Of a stretch of DNA of 32,000 bases, positions 25,046 to 32,000 are shown piece after piece; positions within the stretch are counted from its first letter, which is position 1; each line of letters begins with the position of its first letter. The notes below the pieces were generated by a model, which worked only from the letters and a program-made list of their open reading frames with translations, was not told where the DNA came from and searched no databases. Source of the DNA: Acaryochloris marina MBIC11017 (lineage in GTDB: Bacteria > Cyanobacteriota > Cyanobacteriia > Thermosynechococcales > Thermosynechococcaceae). Location of the stretch: positions 1,320,001 through 1,352,000 of the forward strand of contig NC_009925.1 of assembly GCF_000018105.1 (NCBI RefSeq). The letters are read 5' to 3'. A program made the translations under genes and the position numbers.

Positions 25046-26107
25046 TTATTTATTGGCTGCGTAGAGTCTCTCTCCACGAAGACCATGCCAAAGACCACCG
25101 CCTAACATCCAGACTAGACCCAGGATGAGCTGCAAGGTTGCAGCACCTGTCCGATCTACGCCATGGAATACAGGAGGATAGGCGACGTCACAGTAGCGAA
25201 TGAATAGGGAGGAGCTGATTCCCATGAAGCCTACGGAAGCAACACTCCAAGATAGGATGAGTTCGCTATTGAGCATACCGACGTTGGACCAGCCACCGTT
25301 GGCAGGTGAAAAGACGGGATGCTTGGTAAACAATGGGGTAGGCTTGCGATAGAGAATATGGAATGCTGCGCCTAATAGGTCAATCACACCAATGAGGAAG
25401 TGACCGCCAATCACGTCTTCCATGTTGTTAACGGCTGCCATACCTGCACCACTCCAGCCGTCAGGGGTGAATCCAAAGAGGTAACCAATCAAGGTAATTG
25501 GATTCAAGTTAGGGCTGATTTGATGCACGGTGTCTGTGTTGATGTCATACATGCCGGTGCCATAGGTGGCGTTGACGGCAAAGATCAAACAGGCCACGCT
25601 GATGAAGACGAGGTGGTGACCCACAATGGTGGATAGGCTCTCAAAGTCATCCCACTCATACCGGAAGGCGGCTGCATAACTGTCATCAGGAGCATCGTTC
25701 AGGTCAGTTTCACCACGGAAAGTGTGGAATAAACCGGCTGCACAACATACGGCTGCGATGAAAAAGTGAAGAACCCCAATTACGAAGAAGGGGTAGGTGT
25801 CGACGATCTCACCTCCAGCACCTACACCAACACCAAGAGCGGCTAGGTGGGGCATGAAGATCATCCCTTGATCTGGCAGGGAGACTCCCGGCTGATAACG
25901 GGCTACTTCTTGAACAATAAACGCGCCTGGAACGACGCTCATTAAGGCGGCATGGCATAGGTGAGCACCCAGAAGCATACCGGATAGGTCGGTCATCCGA
26001 ACGTTGCCGGCCCACCATTCGTTCTCAAAGTTGCTTAATACGGATGTCGGTAAATCAGTTTGGACGGCTACCTTGCCGCCTCTTCTTCCTCGTACAGATG
26101 CGGTCAC
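25046..26107 (-). CDS. pcb: chlorophyll-binding antenna protein of the Pcb/IsiA (CP43-like) family, divergent copy
   Basis: 353 aa with six TM helices and motifs WWAGN, GGEIVDTYPFFVIGVLHF and EDVIGGHF. GTG start with AAGAGGA upstream. It carries an 18-residue R/G-rich N-terminal extension relative to the neighbouring copy. Confidence 0.85.
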   Translation of the reverse strand: MTASVRGRRGGKVAVQTDLPTSVLSNFENEWWAGNVRMTDLSGMLLGAHLCHAALMSVVPGAFIVQEVARYQPGVSLPDQGMIFMPHLAALGVGVGAGGEIVDTYPFFVIGVLHFFIAAVCCAAGLFHTFRGETDLNDAPDDSYAAAFRYEWDDFESLSTIVGHHLVFISVACLIFAVNATYGTGMYDINTDTVHQISPNLNPITLIGYLFGFTPDGWSGAGMAAVNNMEDVIGGHFLIGVIDLLGAAFHILYRKPTPLFTKHPVFSPANGGWSNVGMLNSELILSWSVASVGFMGISSSLFIRYCDVAYPPVFHGVDRTGAATLQLILGLVWMLGGGLWHGLRGERLYAANK

Positions 26108-26279
26108 AACTGTTTTCCTCTTGTCTTAGTTAAAGGTTTAAGAATTAGTTTAGGTGTTCTCCAGGACAGTTAGGATTGCCCGTGGATACAACAGATATGT
26201 GTAGTAAGCAGTTGTAGCAAGAACTAAACGATCTAAAGCTTGTGTTAGACGGATACCAAGCTCAGAAATAGCTGAAACA

Positions 26280-26334
26280 TTTAGGGTGACAGCGGATTGG
26301 ACTATCATCTCAGTCCATGAGCTGTCACCCTAAA
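26280..26334 (-). terminator. 14-bp perfect stem-loop between the two pcb genes
   Basis: TTTAGGGTGACAGC (26280-26293) pairs with GCTGTCACCCTAAA (26321-26334) around a 27-nt loop. It starts 42 nt after the upstream pcb stop and is followed on the minus strand by the U-containing TGTTTCAGCTATTTC. Confidence 0.5.
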
Positions 26335-26375
26335 GCCGAGACAAACGAAAAGTTAACGCCTACTAGCAGATCAAC

Positions 26376-27425
26376 TTAGTTTGCCTGAGGAGTTAGGCTA
26401 GCCAGGGCACGGGGGATACGACGGAAGTCAAATCCATAAGAACGCAACGCATGGAAGAGATGCCCCTGAAGACAATAGAAAGCCCAATAGTAATGGAAGT
26501 TAGAGATCCAAAAACGTGTGGTGTGACCACCATCAGATGCATCTAAGGTTTCTGCAAAATAGGGAGTAACGTTTAGCTTGGCTTCTAGTACTGGACCAAA
26601 AAGCTCAACGGGAAATACAACGTCGTTGACGGAGCAGAAATAGGCTGCATTAAATCCTGCAAAAGCTAGTCCAGCAAGAGCATAGGCTAGTAGAGCTTCA
26701 CCAGATTTTACAAAAATCTTATCGGTGTAAGGCCAAGGCTTTACAAGAATATGCCAAATACCACCAGCGATATAGAGGGAGGAAACAAAGAAATGTCCAC
26801 CAATTACATCTTCTAGATTGTTGACAAAGTAAGGATTGAATCCAGGAGTAGCCCAGCCGTACTTAAAAAATCTAACTAAGTTCAGACTAGGAGAGATGGC
26901 CCGGACTTCACCAGCTACTGGATCGTAAACGCCATGAGTACAAGCCCAAGTTGCGAATAACAAGCAAGCAGCACCTAAGAACAGAAGGTGATGCCCAAGG
27001 ATACGACCTTGAGTTTCAAAATCATCCCACTCGAAATGAAATCTTTGAGCGCCAGAAAATTCGCTATCAGCAAGGACCTTAGGGCCTTTGGTAACGCCAT
27101 AGAGAGCACCAGCACCTAAAATTGCAGCAGCAACAAGGTGAATCATTGCGATCGCAAAATAGGGGTAGGTATCAACAACAGCACCACCAGCTGCAACCCC
27201 CCATCCGGCACGAGCTAGCTGGGGAATACAAACTAAATTTTGTTGATAAACGGGTAAGTCGGGGTTAAAACGGGATACTTCAAATAGGGTAAAAGAACCG
27301 GCCCAAAAGCACATGGAGGCAATTTGGCCGTTATGGGCAGCTAAGAACTGGCCGCTGTAGTCAGAAAAGCGGGAGTTTCCAGACCACCAGCCGTACTCAA
27401 CGTCGGTTTGTCCATAAGTTTGCAT
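26376..27425 (-). CDS. pcb: chlorophyll-binding antenna protein of the Pcb/IsiA (CP43-like) family, canonical copy
   Basis: 349 aa. Canonical N-terminus MQTYGQTDVEYGWWSGNSRF, plus GGAVVDTYPYFAIAMIHL, EDVIGGHFF and C-terminal HALRSYGFDFRR. GAGGAGG lies upstream of the ATG. Confidence 0.9.
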   Translation of the reverse strand: MQTYGQTDVEYGWWSGNSRFSDYSGQFLAAHNGQIASMCFWAGSFTLFEVSRFNPDLPVYQQNLVCIPQLARAGWGVAAGGAVVDTYPYFAIAMIHLVAAAILGAGALYGVTKGPKVLADSEFSGAQRFHFEWDDFETQGRILGHHLLFLGAACLLFATWACTHGVYDPVAGEVRAISPSLNLVRFFKYGWATPGFNPYFVNNLEDVIGGHFFVSSLYIAGGIWHILVKPWPYTDKIFVKSGEALLAYALAGLAFAGFNAAYFCSVNDVVFPVELFGPVLEAKLNVTPYFAETLDASDGGHTTRFWISNFHYYWAFYCLQGHLFHALRSYGFDFRRIPRALASLTPQAN

Positions 27426-27837
27426 TGTTAAATAATTTCCTCCTCTGTTATCGGTGCCACCGTAACTTTATTATCAAACTTAATATCAAAAATACTATCA
27501 GACCTCGCCTCTTGCTGTCTGTGGTTTCCAGTTTTTCGTCAGTTTTCTGACCGATCAATTTCCGCTTTAGGGTTTCGTCACTCAAGGGATAGGCGATTTT
27601 CACCTATTCTCAGAGGTTCCACACTTTTCGAGGCGATGACTCTAGAGCCGTAGAGCCAAAGTGTAAAGTAATATTAAGTTAAAGGTATTTCGTTACTTCG
27701 TTAACGAATAGTTGAAGTAGTAACTTTATGACTGATTTGTCAGGCAGTGCTTGAAAAATGCGACTCGCGTTGTGGCACTCTACACTAGCTCTCTATTTCA
27801 AGTTGACTTTAGAAAAACACAACTGTCAGACTAAACG

Positions 27838-27866
27838 TTGACAGAAGCTCAGAGTTTCGCTAGGTT
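27838..27866 (+). promoter_or_regulatory. candidate promoter for tRNA-Glu
   Basis: TTGACA (27838-27843), a 17-nt spacer, then TAGGTT (27861-27866), 25 nt before the tRNA 5' end. The -10 element is weak. Confidence 0.3.
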
Positions 27867-27890
27867 AGAAATCGTCAAAAAAGCGTACAG

Positions 27891-27963
27891 GCCCCCATCG
27901 TCTAGAGGCCTAGGACACCTCCCTTTCACGGAGGCGACAGGGATTCGAATTCCCTTGGGGGTA
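27891..27963 (+). tRNA. trnE: tRNA-Glu (anticodon UUC)
   Basis: Full cloverleaf: acceptor GCCCCCA/TGGGGGT (G1-U72), D arm GTCT/GGAC, anticodon arm CCTCC-CTTTCAC-GGAGG, T arm AGGGA-TTCGAAT-TCCCT, discriminator A. CCA is not encoded. Confidence 0.95.
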
Positions 27964-27968
27964 TTTAC

Positions 27969-28016
27969 AAAAACATTTAGCGGCTCTTTGATATCAGAGA
28001 GCCGCTAAATGTTTTT
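27969..28016. terminator. 19-bp perfect hairpin flanked by A5 and T5 (bidirectional terminator)
   Basis: AAAAACATTTAGCGGCTCT-ttgatatcag-AGAGCCGCTAAATGTTTTT, starting 6 nt after the tRNA-Glu. Confidence 0.7.
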
Positions 28017-28280
28017 ACACCTTGTCTAACCCTGTCATCCCTGAGTGCTAAATGAGTTCGGGGGATTTCTTCATCTACCATGGTTGATAACCGCGGTAGC
28101 AGTCAGGTTCTCCATGAAATTTGTAGAAACTAACGCAAAACTGTTGTTACATTAATAGACGGGGAAGTCTGCAAAAGAATTATTCTTCGCACTATTTGAT
28201 ATCCTCCCAGATGCTGTTCAGTAATTAGCTGCAAGCATTTCAGTTCATTAAATTAGCAAACATTGAGGGCCCTTTCTGCA

Positions 28281-28979
28281 ATGCAGGACCAACAGATAAT
28301 TAATCCAATTTCTCAATCTCAGATCCCTCAAGAGCTGTCTGAGAATGTGATTTTGTCTTCCGTGAGTGATCTCTACGATTGGGCAAGACTCTCTAGCCTT
28401 TGGCCCTTAATGTATGGAACTGCTTGCTGCTTTATTGAAATCGCAGCCATGATTGGCTCTCGATTCGATTTTGATCGCTTTGGTTTGGTGCCCCGTTCTA
28501 GCCCCCGACAAGCTGACTTAATCATTACGGCTGGGACAGTGACGATGAAAATGGCACCTGCACTGGTGCGACTCTATGAACAAATGCCAGATCCGAAATA
28601 TGTGATTGCGATGGGTGCTTGTACCATCACAGGCGGTATGTTCAGCAGCGACTCTACCACTGCTGTCCGCGGGGTCGACAAGCTTATTCCTGTTGATGTC
28701 TATTTGCCTGGCTGCCCGCCTCGTCCTGAAGCAGTGATGGATGCCATTGTTAAGCTACGCAAAAAGATCGCCAATGAGGATGTGCGTGAGCGGGGCAATT
28801 TGATGCAGACCCATCGCTATTACAGCACAACCCATCAGATGAAAGTGGTCCCCCCCATTCACACTGGTGTCTATCTGGAGGCCGCTGCGCGTAAATCTCC
28901 TGCGGCTGCTTTAGGTGCGGGTGTGGGTGAAGATATGACACCTGCATTGGTAGCTGAAGCTGAGAAGGAAGAAGCCTAA
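28281..28979 (+). CDS. ndhK: NAD(P)H-quinone oxidoreductase subunit K (NuoB homologue)
   Basis: Motifs [44 protein letters not shown] and GCPPRPE supply the N2 cluster ligands. The ORF opens at TTG 28263; ATG 28281 is preferred. Confidence 0.9.
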   Translation: MQDQQIINPISQSQIPQELSENVILSSVSDLYDWARLSSLWPLMYGTACCFIEIAAMIGSRFDFDRFGLVPRSSPRQADLIITAGTVTMKMAPALVRLYEQMPDPKYVIAMGACTITGGMFSSDSTTAVRGVDKLIPVDVYLPGCPPRPEAVMDAIVKLRKKIANEDVRERGNLMQTHRYYSTTHQMKVVPPIHTGVYLEAAARKSPAAALGAGVGEDMTPALVAEAEKEEA

Positions 28980-29069
28980 TTACTTCCTCCTTGTGGGTAC
29001 TGCTTTCCTGAATCTTTCATCCATGCTGATCCCAATGCGGATCAGCAATTCTATATTCAACGAAACGTC

Positions 29070-30062
29070 ATGACCAGTGATCTGGAAACTCAGTTGCAAC
29101 AGCTTCAAACAGAGGCTGTTGCAGCTATAACCTCTGCTGATACCCTAGATGCCTTAGAAACACTGCGGGTGAGCTATTTGGGTAAAAAAGGCCAGTTGTC
29201 TCAGATCCTTAAGGGTATGGGCAAGCTGGATGCATCTGAACGGCCCAAGATTGGGGGATTAGCCAATCAGGTCAAGGAGGCGCTTCAGCAGGGGCTAGAA
29301 CAGAAAAAATCGGATCTAAACCAGGCGGCGATTGCGGCTCAACTGGCAGCAGAGACCTTAGATGTGACCATGCCTGGAACTTATATTCCTCAAGGGCATA
29401 TTCATCCCCTGAATAGCACGATCGATAAAGCGTTGGATATTTTTGTGGGCCTAGGGTACACCATTGCCCAAGGTCCCGAGATGGAAACGGACTACTACAA
29501 CTTTGAAGCCCTGAATACCCCGCCCGATCACCCAGCGCGGGATATGCAAGATACCTTTTATCTCCCGGATGGCAATCTGCTCCGCACCCATACTTCTGCG
29601 GTTCAGATTCATTACATGGAAGACCATGAACCACCCATTCGGATCGCAGCCCCTGGGCGCTGTTACCGTCGGGATACAGAAGACGCTACCCATGCTGCCG
29701 TATTCCATCAGATTGAGATTTTAGCAGTGGATAAGGGGCTGACCTTTACGGATCTCAAAGGCACGATTAAAGTCTTTATTGAACAAATGTTTGGGGATGT
29801 ACCCATCCGATTTCGAGCGAGTTATTTCCCCTTTACTGAACCCTCTGCTGAGGTGGATGTGCAGTGGAAAGGCCGATGGCTTGAGGTCTTGGGGTGCGGC
29901 ATGGTTGATCCCAATGTCCTCAAAAACGTGGGCTATGATCCTGAAGTCTATACTGGGTTCGCCGCAGGCTTCGGGGTGGAGCGATTTGCGATGGTCCTTC
30001 ACCAGATTGACGATATTCGGCGTTTGTACACTAGCGATTTGCGCTTCTTGCGTCAATTTTAG
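29070..30062 (+). CDS. pheS: phenylalanine--tRNA ligase alpha subunit
   Basis: 330 aa with class II aaRS motifs ([45 protein letters not shown]). Confidence 0.95.
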   Translation: MTSDLETQLQQLQTEAVAAITSADTLDALETLRVSYLGKKGQLSQILKGMGKLDASERPKIGGLANQVKEALQQGLEQKKSDLNQAAIAAQLAAETLDVTMPGTYIPQGHIHPLNSTIDKALDIFVGLGYTIAQGPEMETDYYNFEALNTPPDHPARDMQDTFYLPDGNLLRTHTSAVQIHYMEDHEPPIRIAAPGRCYRRDTEDATHAAVFHQIEILAVDKGLTFTDLKGTIKVFIEQMFGDVPIRFRASYFPFTEPSAEVDVQWKGRWLEVLGCGMVDPNVLKNVGYDPEVYTGFAAGFGVERFAMVLHQIDDIRRLYTSDLRFLRQF

Positions 30063-30263
30063 GCATTGCCCAAGCTATGAGTATTGGGGTAGCTGGAGTC
30101 CAGTTGAAGGGTGTATTGATGGTGAGGATGCCGATGTGCGATCGCATTTCTCCCCGACCCATCAGATTCCTCTTTACCTTTGCTGGAGGGCAAACCCAAT
30201 AGAAATGCAGCACAACGGGTATTTTTGCCCACTACATCTTAGATAATCTTCCCAGTCTTCATA

Positions 30264-31292
30264 ATGTCTGCGCCTTCCATTAACCCAGCCAAACTCAGGA
30301 GTGAACTATCTACGCCCCTTGAGATCGGCCCCTTTGCGGTGAATAGTCGGGTTCTACAGTCACCCTTGTCGGGTGTCACAGATTTGGTCTTTCGCCGCTT
30401 GGTACGACGATACGCGCCTGAATCGATGCTCTACACTGAAATGGTTCATGCTAGCCAGGTCTGTCATGCCCGTGAACTCTCCAAAGTCATGGATGTGGAT
30501 TTGGATGAGCAGCCGATCAGCGTACAGCTGTTTGATTGCCGTCCCCATTTTCTAGCGGAAGCGGCCCAAATGGCCGTTCAGGAAGGGGCAGACACCATTG
30601 ATTTAAACATGGGCTGTCCCGTCAATAAGATCACCAAAAAAGGGGGCGGTTCTTCGCTACTACGAGATCCAGAAACGGCTGAAGCCATCGTTCGAGCAGT
30701 GGTGTCAGCAGTTAAAGTGCCCGTGACAGTCAAGACTCGTATTGGCTGGAAAGAGGACGAAATTAACATCCTGGAGTTTGCCCAACGGATGCAGGATGCG
30801 GGGGCAAAAATGATTACGGTGCATGGACGCACCCGAGCCCAAGGCTATAACGGACCCGCTCAGTGGCATTGGATAAAGCAAGTTAAAGAGAAACTGTCGA
30901 TTCCAGTGATTGCCAACGGCGATATTGTCTCCGTGGAATCGGCGATGGCCTGTTTGGAAATGACCGGGGCAGATGGGGTGATGTGTTCACGTGGAACACT
31001 CGGGTATCCCTATTTGGTAGGAGAAATTGATTATTTCTTAAAAACCGGACAGCAAAAGGCCCCGCCCACCATTATTGAGCGTTTGCAATGTGCGCGGGAG
31101 CATTTGCAAGGGTTATGGGAGTACAAAGGCATCAAAGGGATTCATCAAGCCCGTAAGCATATGACTTGGTATGTGAAGGGGTTTGTTGGTGCAGCTGAAT
31201 TACGAGATCGCCTCTGTCGGATCAATAGCGTCGAAGAAGGTCTAGATTTATTGGACCAAACCATAGACGGTAATCCCACCCCGCAGACTTAA
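30264..31292 (+). CDS. dusB: tRNA-dihydrouridine synthase
   Basis: 342 aa with Dus motifs (SPLSGVTDLVFR, IDLNMGCP, VTVKTRIGW, ITVHGRTRAQ, IPVIANGDI). Confidence 0.9.
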   Translation: MSAPSINPAKLRSELSTPLEIGPFAVNSRVLQSPLSGVTDLVFRRLVRRYAPESMLYTEMVHASQVCHARELSKVMDVDLDEQPISVQLFDCRPHFLAEAAQMAVQEGADTIDLNMGCPVNKITKKGGGSSLLRDPETAEAIVRAVVSAVKVPVTVKTRIGWKEDEINILEFAQRMQDAGAKMITVHGRTRAQGYNGPAQWHWIKQVKEKLSIPVIANGDIVSVESAMACLEMTGADGVMCSRGTLGYPYLVGEIDYFLKTGQQKAPPTIIERLQCAREHLQGLWEYKGIKGIHQARKHMTWYVKGFVGAAELRDRLCRINSVEEGLDLLDQTIDGNPTPQT

Positions 31293-31399
31293 CCCAGTTC
31301 CCTACAATGTAGAAATGGACTGCTCCATCGATGTAGCTCCATTTCTCATGAGTAACTATGGGATTGACCTAGACTTTTTGATCAAACATACAGAACATT

Positions 31400-32000
31400 A
31401 TGAGCAACGACACCCCCATCGCCGCCCAGGATAATCCCCTCCTCCTCTGTGAAGGCTTACCCCCTTTTGACCAAATTGAGGCGGAGCACGTGCTGCCTGC
31501 CATTACCCAGTTATTAACTGAGCTAGAACAGGACTTAAAAACCCTGGAAGCAGAGGTCCAACCTACTTGGACGGGCTTGGTGGAGCCTTTAGAACAGCTT
31601 GGAGACCGCTTGAGCTGGAGCTGGGGGATTATCGGGCATTTGATGGGAGTCAAGAATTCGCCAGAATTACGGGAAGCCTATGAAGCAGGCCAACCTAAGG
31701 TGGTGGAATTTATTAATCGCTTGAGTCAGAGTCGCCCCATTTACGATGCCTATAAACAGCTTCAACAGAGTCCAGACTGGTCTCAGCTTGATCCCGCTCA
31801 GAAACGCATCGTGGAGAGTGCCATTCGGGATGCAGAGCTGTCAGGAGTGGGTCTCACTGGAGAAGCAAAAAAGCGGTTCAATCAAATTCAGCTAGAGCTA
31901 GCGAATCTCTCGACTCAGTTCTCTAATCATGTCTTGGATGCAACAAAGGCCTTTAATATCTTGTTGACCAATCCCAAGGAAGTCGCAGGCCTGCCGCCGA
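31400..32000 (+). CDS. prlC: oligopeptidase A / M3-family metallopeptidase, 5' part (runs off the window)
   Basis: My own translation from ATG 31400 reads MSNDTPIAAQDNPLLLCEGLPPFDQIEAEHVLPAI...VKNSPELREAYEAGQPK...RDAELSGVGL...FSNHVLDATKAF. This aligns closely with my recollection of the E. coli PrlC N-terminus. It is absent from the ORF track because no stop falls within the window. Confidence 0.8.
   Translation, partial: MSNDTPIAAQDNPLLLCEGLPPFDQIEAEHVLPAITQLLTELEQDLKTLEAEVQPTWTGLVEPLEQLGDRLSWSWGIIGHLMGVKNSPELREAYEAGQPKVVEFINRLSQSRPIYDAYKQLQQSPDWSQLDPAQKRIVESAIRDAELSGVGLTGEAKKRFNQIQLELANLSTQFSNHVLDATKAFNILLTNPKEVAGLPP

Noticed and set aside
25400-26018. ORFs 25400-25636 (+) and 25809-26018 (-) inside the divergent pcb gene
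   Set aside because: They are alternative frames of a well-supported CDS.
27465-27505. Fur box upstream of the canonical pcb/isiA-like gene
   Set aside because: The region is AT-rich and contains ATTATC and AATATC hexamers. I cannot align a convincing 19-bp GATAATGATAATCATTATC-like dyad, so iron regulation remains speculation.
29272-30246. ORFs overlapping pheS (29272-29634, 29451-29708, 29721-30056, 29779-30246) and 30031-30213
   Set aside because: They are alternative frames of pheS or of its downstream spacer, with no independent support.
31311-31346. Terminator after dusB (AGAAATGGA ... TCCATTTCT)
   Set aside because: The stem is 9 bp but the loop is 18 nt, and no U-tract follows. This is too weak to call.
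31369-31653. ORF 31369-31653 (-)
   Set aside because: It is antisense to the clearly recognisable prlC 5' region.

Overview
This is a cyanobacterial chromosomal segment. The HIP1 octamer GCGATCGC occurs at least 10 times, and the window carries Pcb/IsiA-family antenna genes, ndhK, ndhL, zipN/ftn2 and type IV pilin genes. Roughly 1-4490 looks like the right-hand end of an integrated element. It holds small unrecognised genes, an XRE regulator, a frameshifted Rpn-family nuclease gene, a block of ATTGAGATAA repeats, and finally a truncated tRNA-Thr(CGU) 3' portion that I read as an att remnant. From 4768 onward the content is mostly core: trpA-DUF3007-ndhL, lpxD, zipN, pdhA, a NUDIX gene, and a pilA1/pilA2 locus with an unusual 1.07 kb AT-rich spacer. 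Two back-to-back IS5-family elements follow, then comM, an orphan duplicated ABC ATPase, a ferredoxin plus a LivF-like ATPase, and a ComB-family phosphatase with a long K/A/P-rich tail. The rest is two tandem pcb genes, tRNA-Glu, a stand-alone ndhK, pheS, dusB and the 5' part of prlC. I see no CRISPR array, cas genes, restriction-modification, reverse transcriptase or other recognisable defence system. The best candidate for something undescribed is the island module at 500-3271. It has a divergent XRE regulator, a near-consensus promoter overlapped by a palindrome, and an operon of a very acidic 62-aa protein, an unknown 156-aa protein and a SLOG/DprA-like protein. That operon reads into a ~1 kb GC-rich tract whose coding status I cannot resolve from sequence alone. 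All functional calls rest on my recognition of motifs in the supplied translations; no database search was run.
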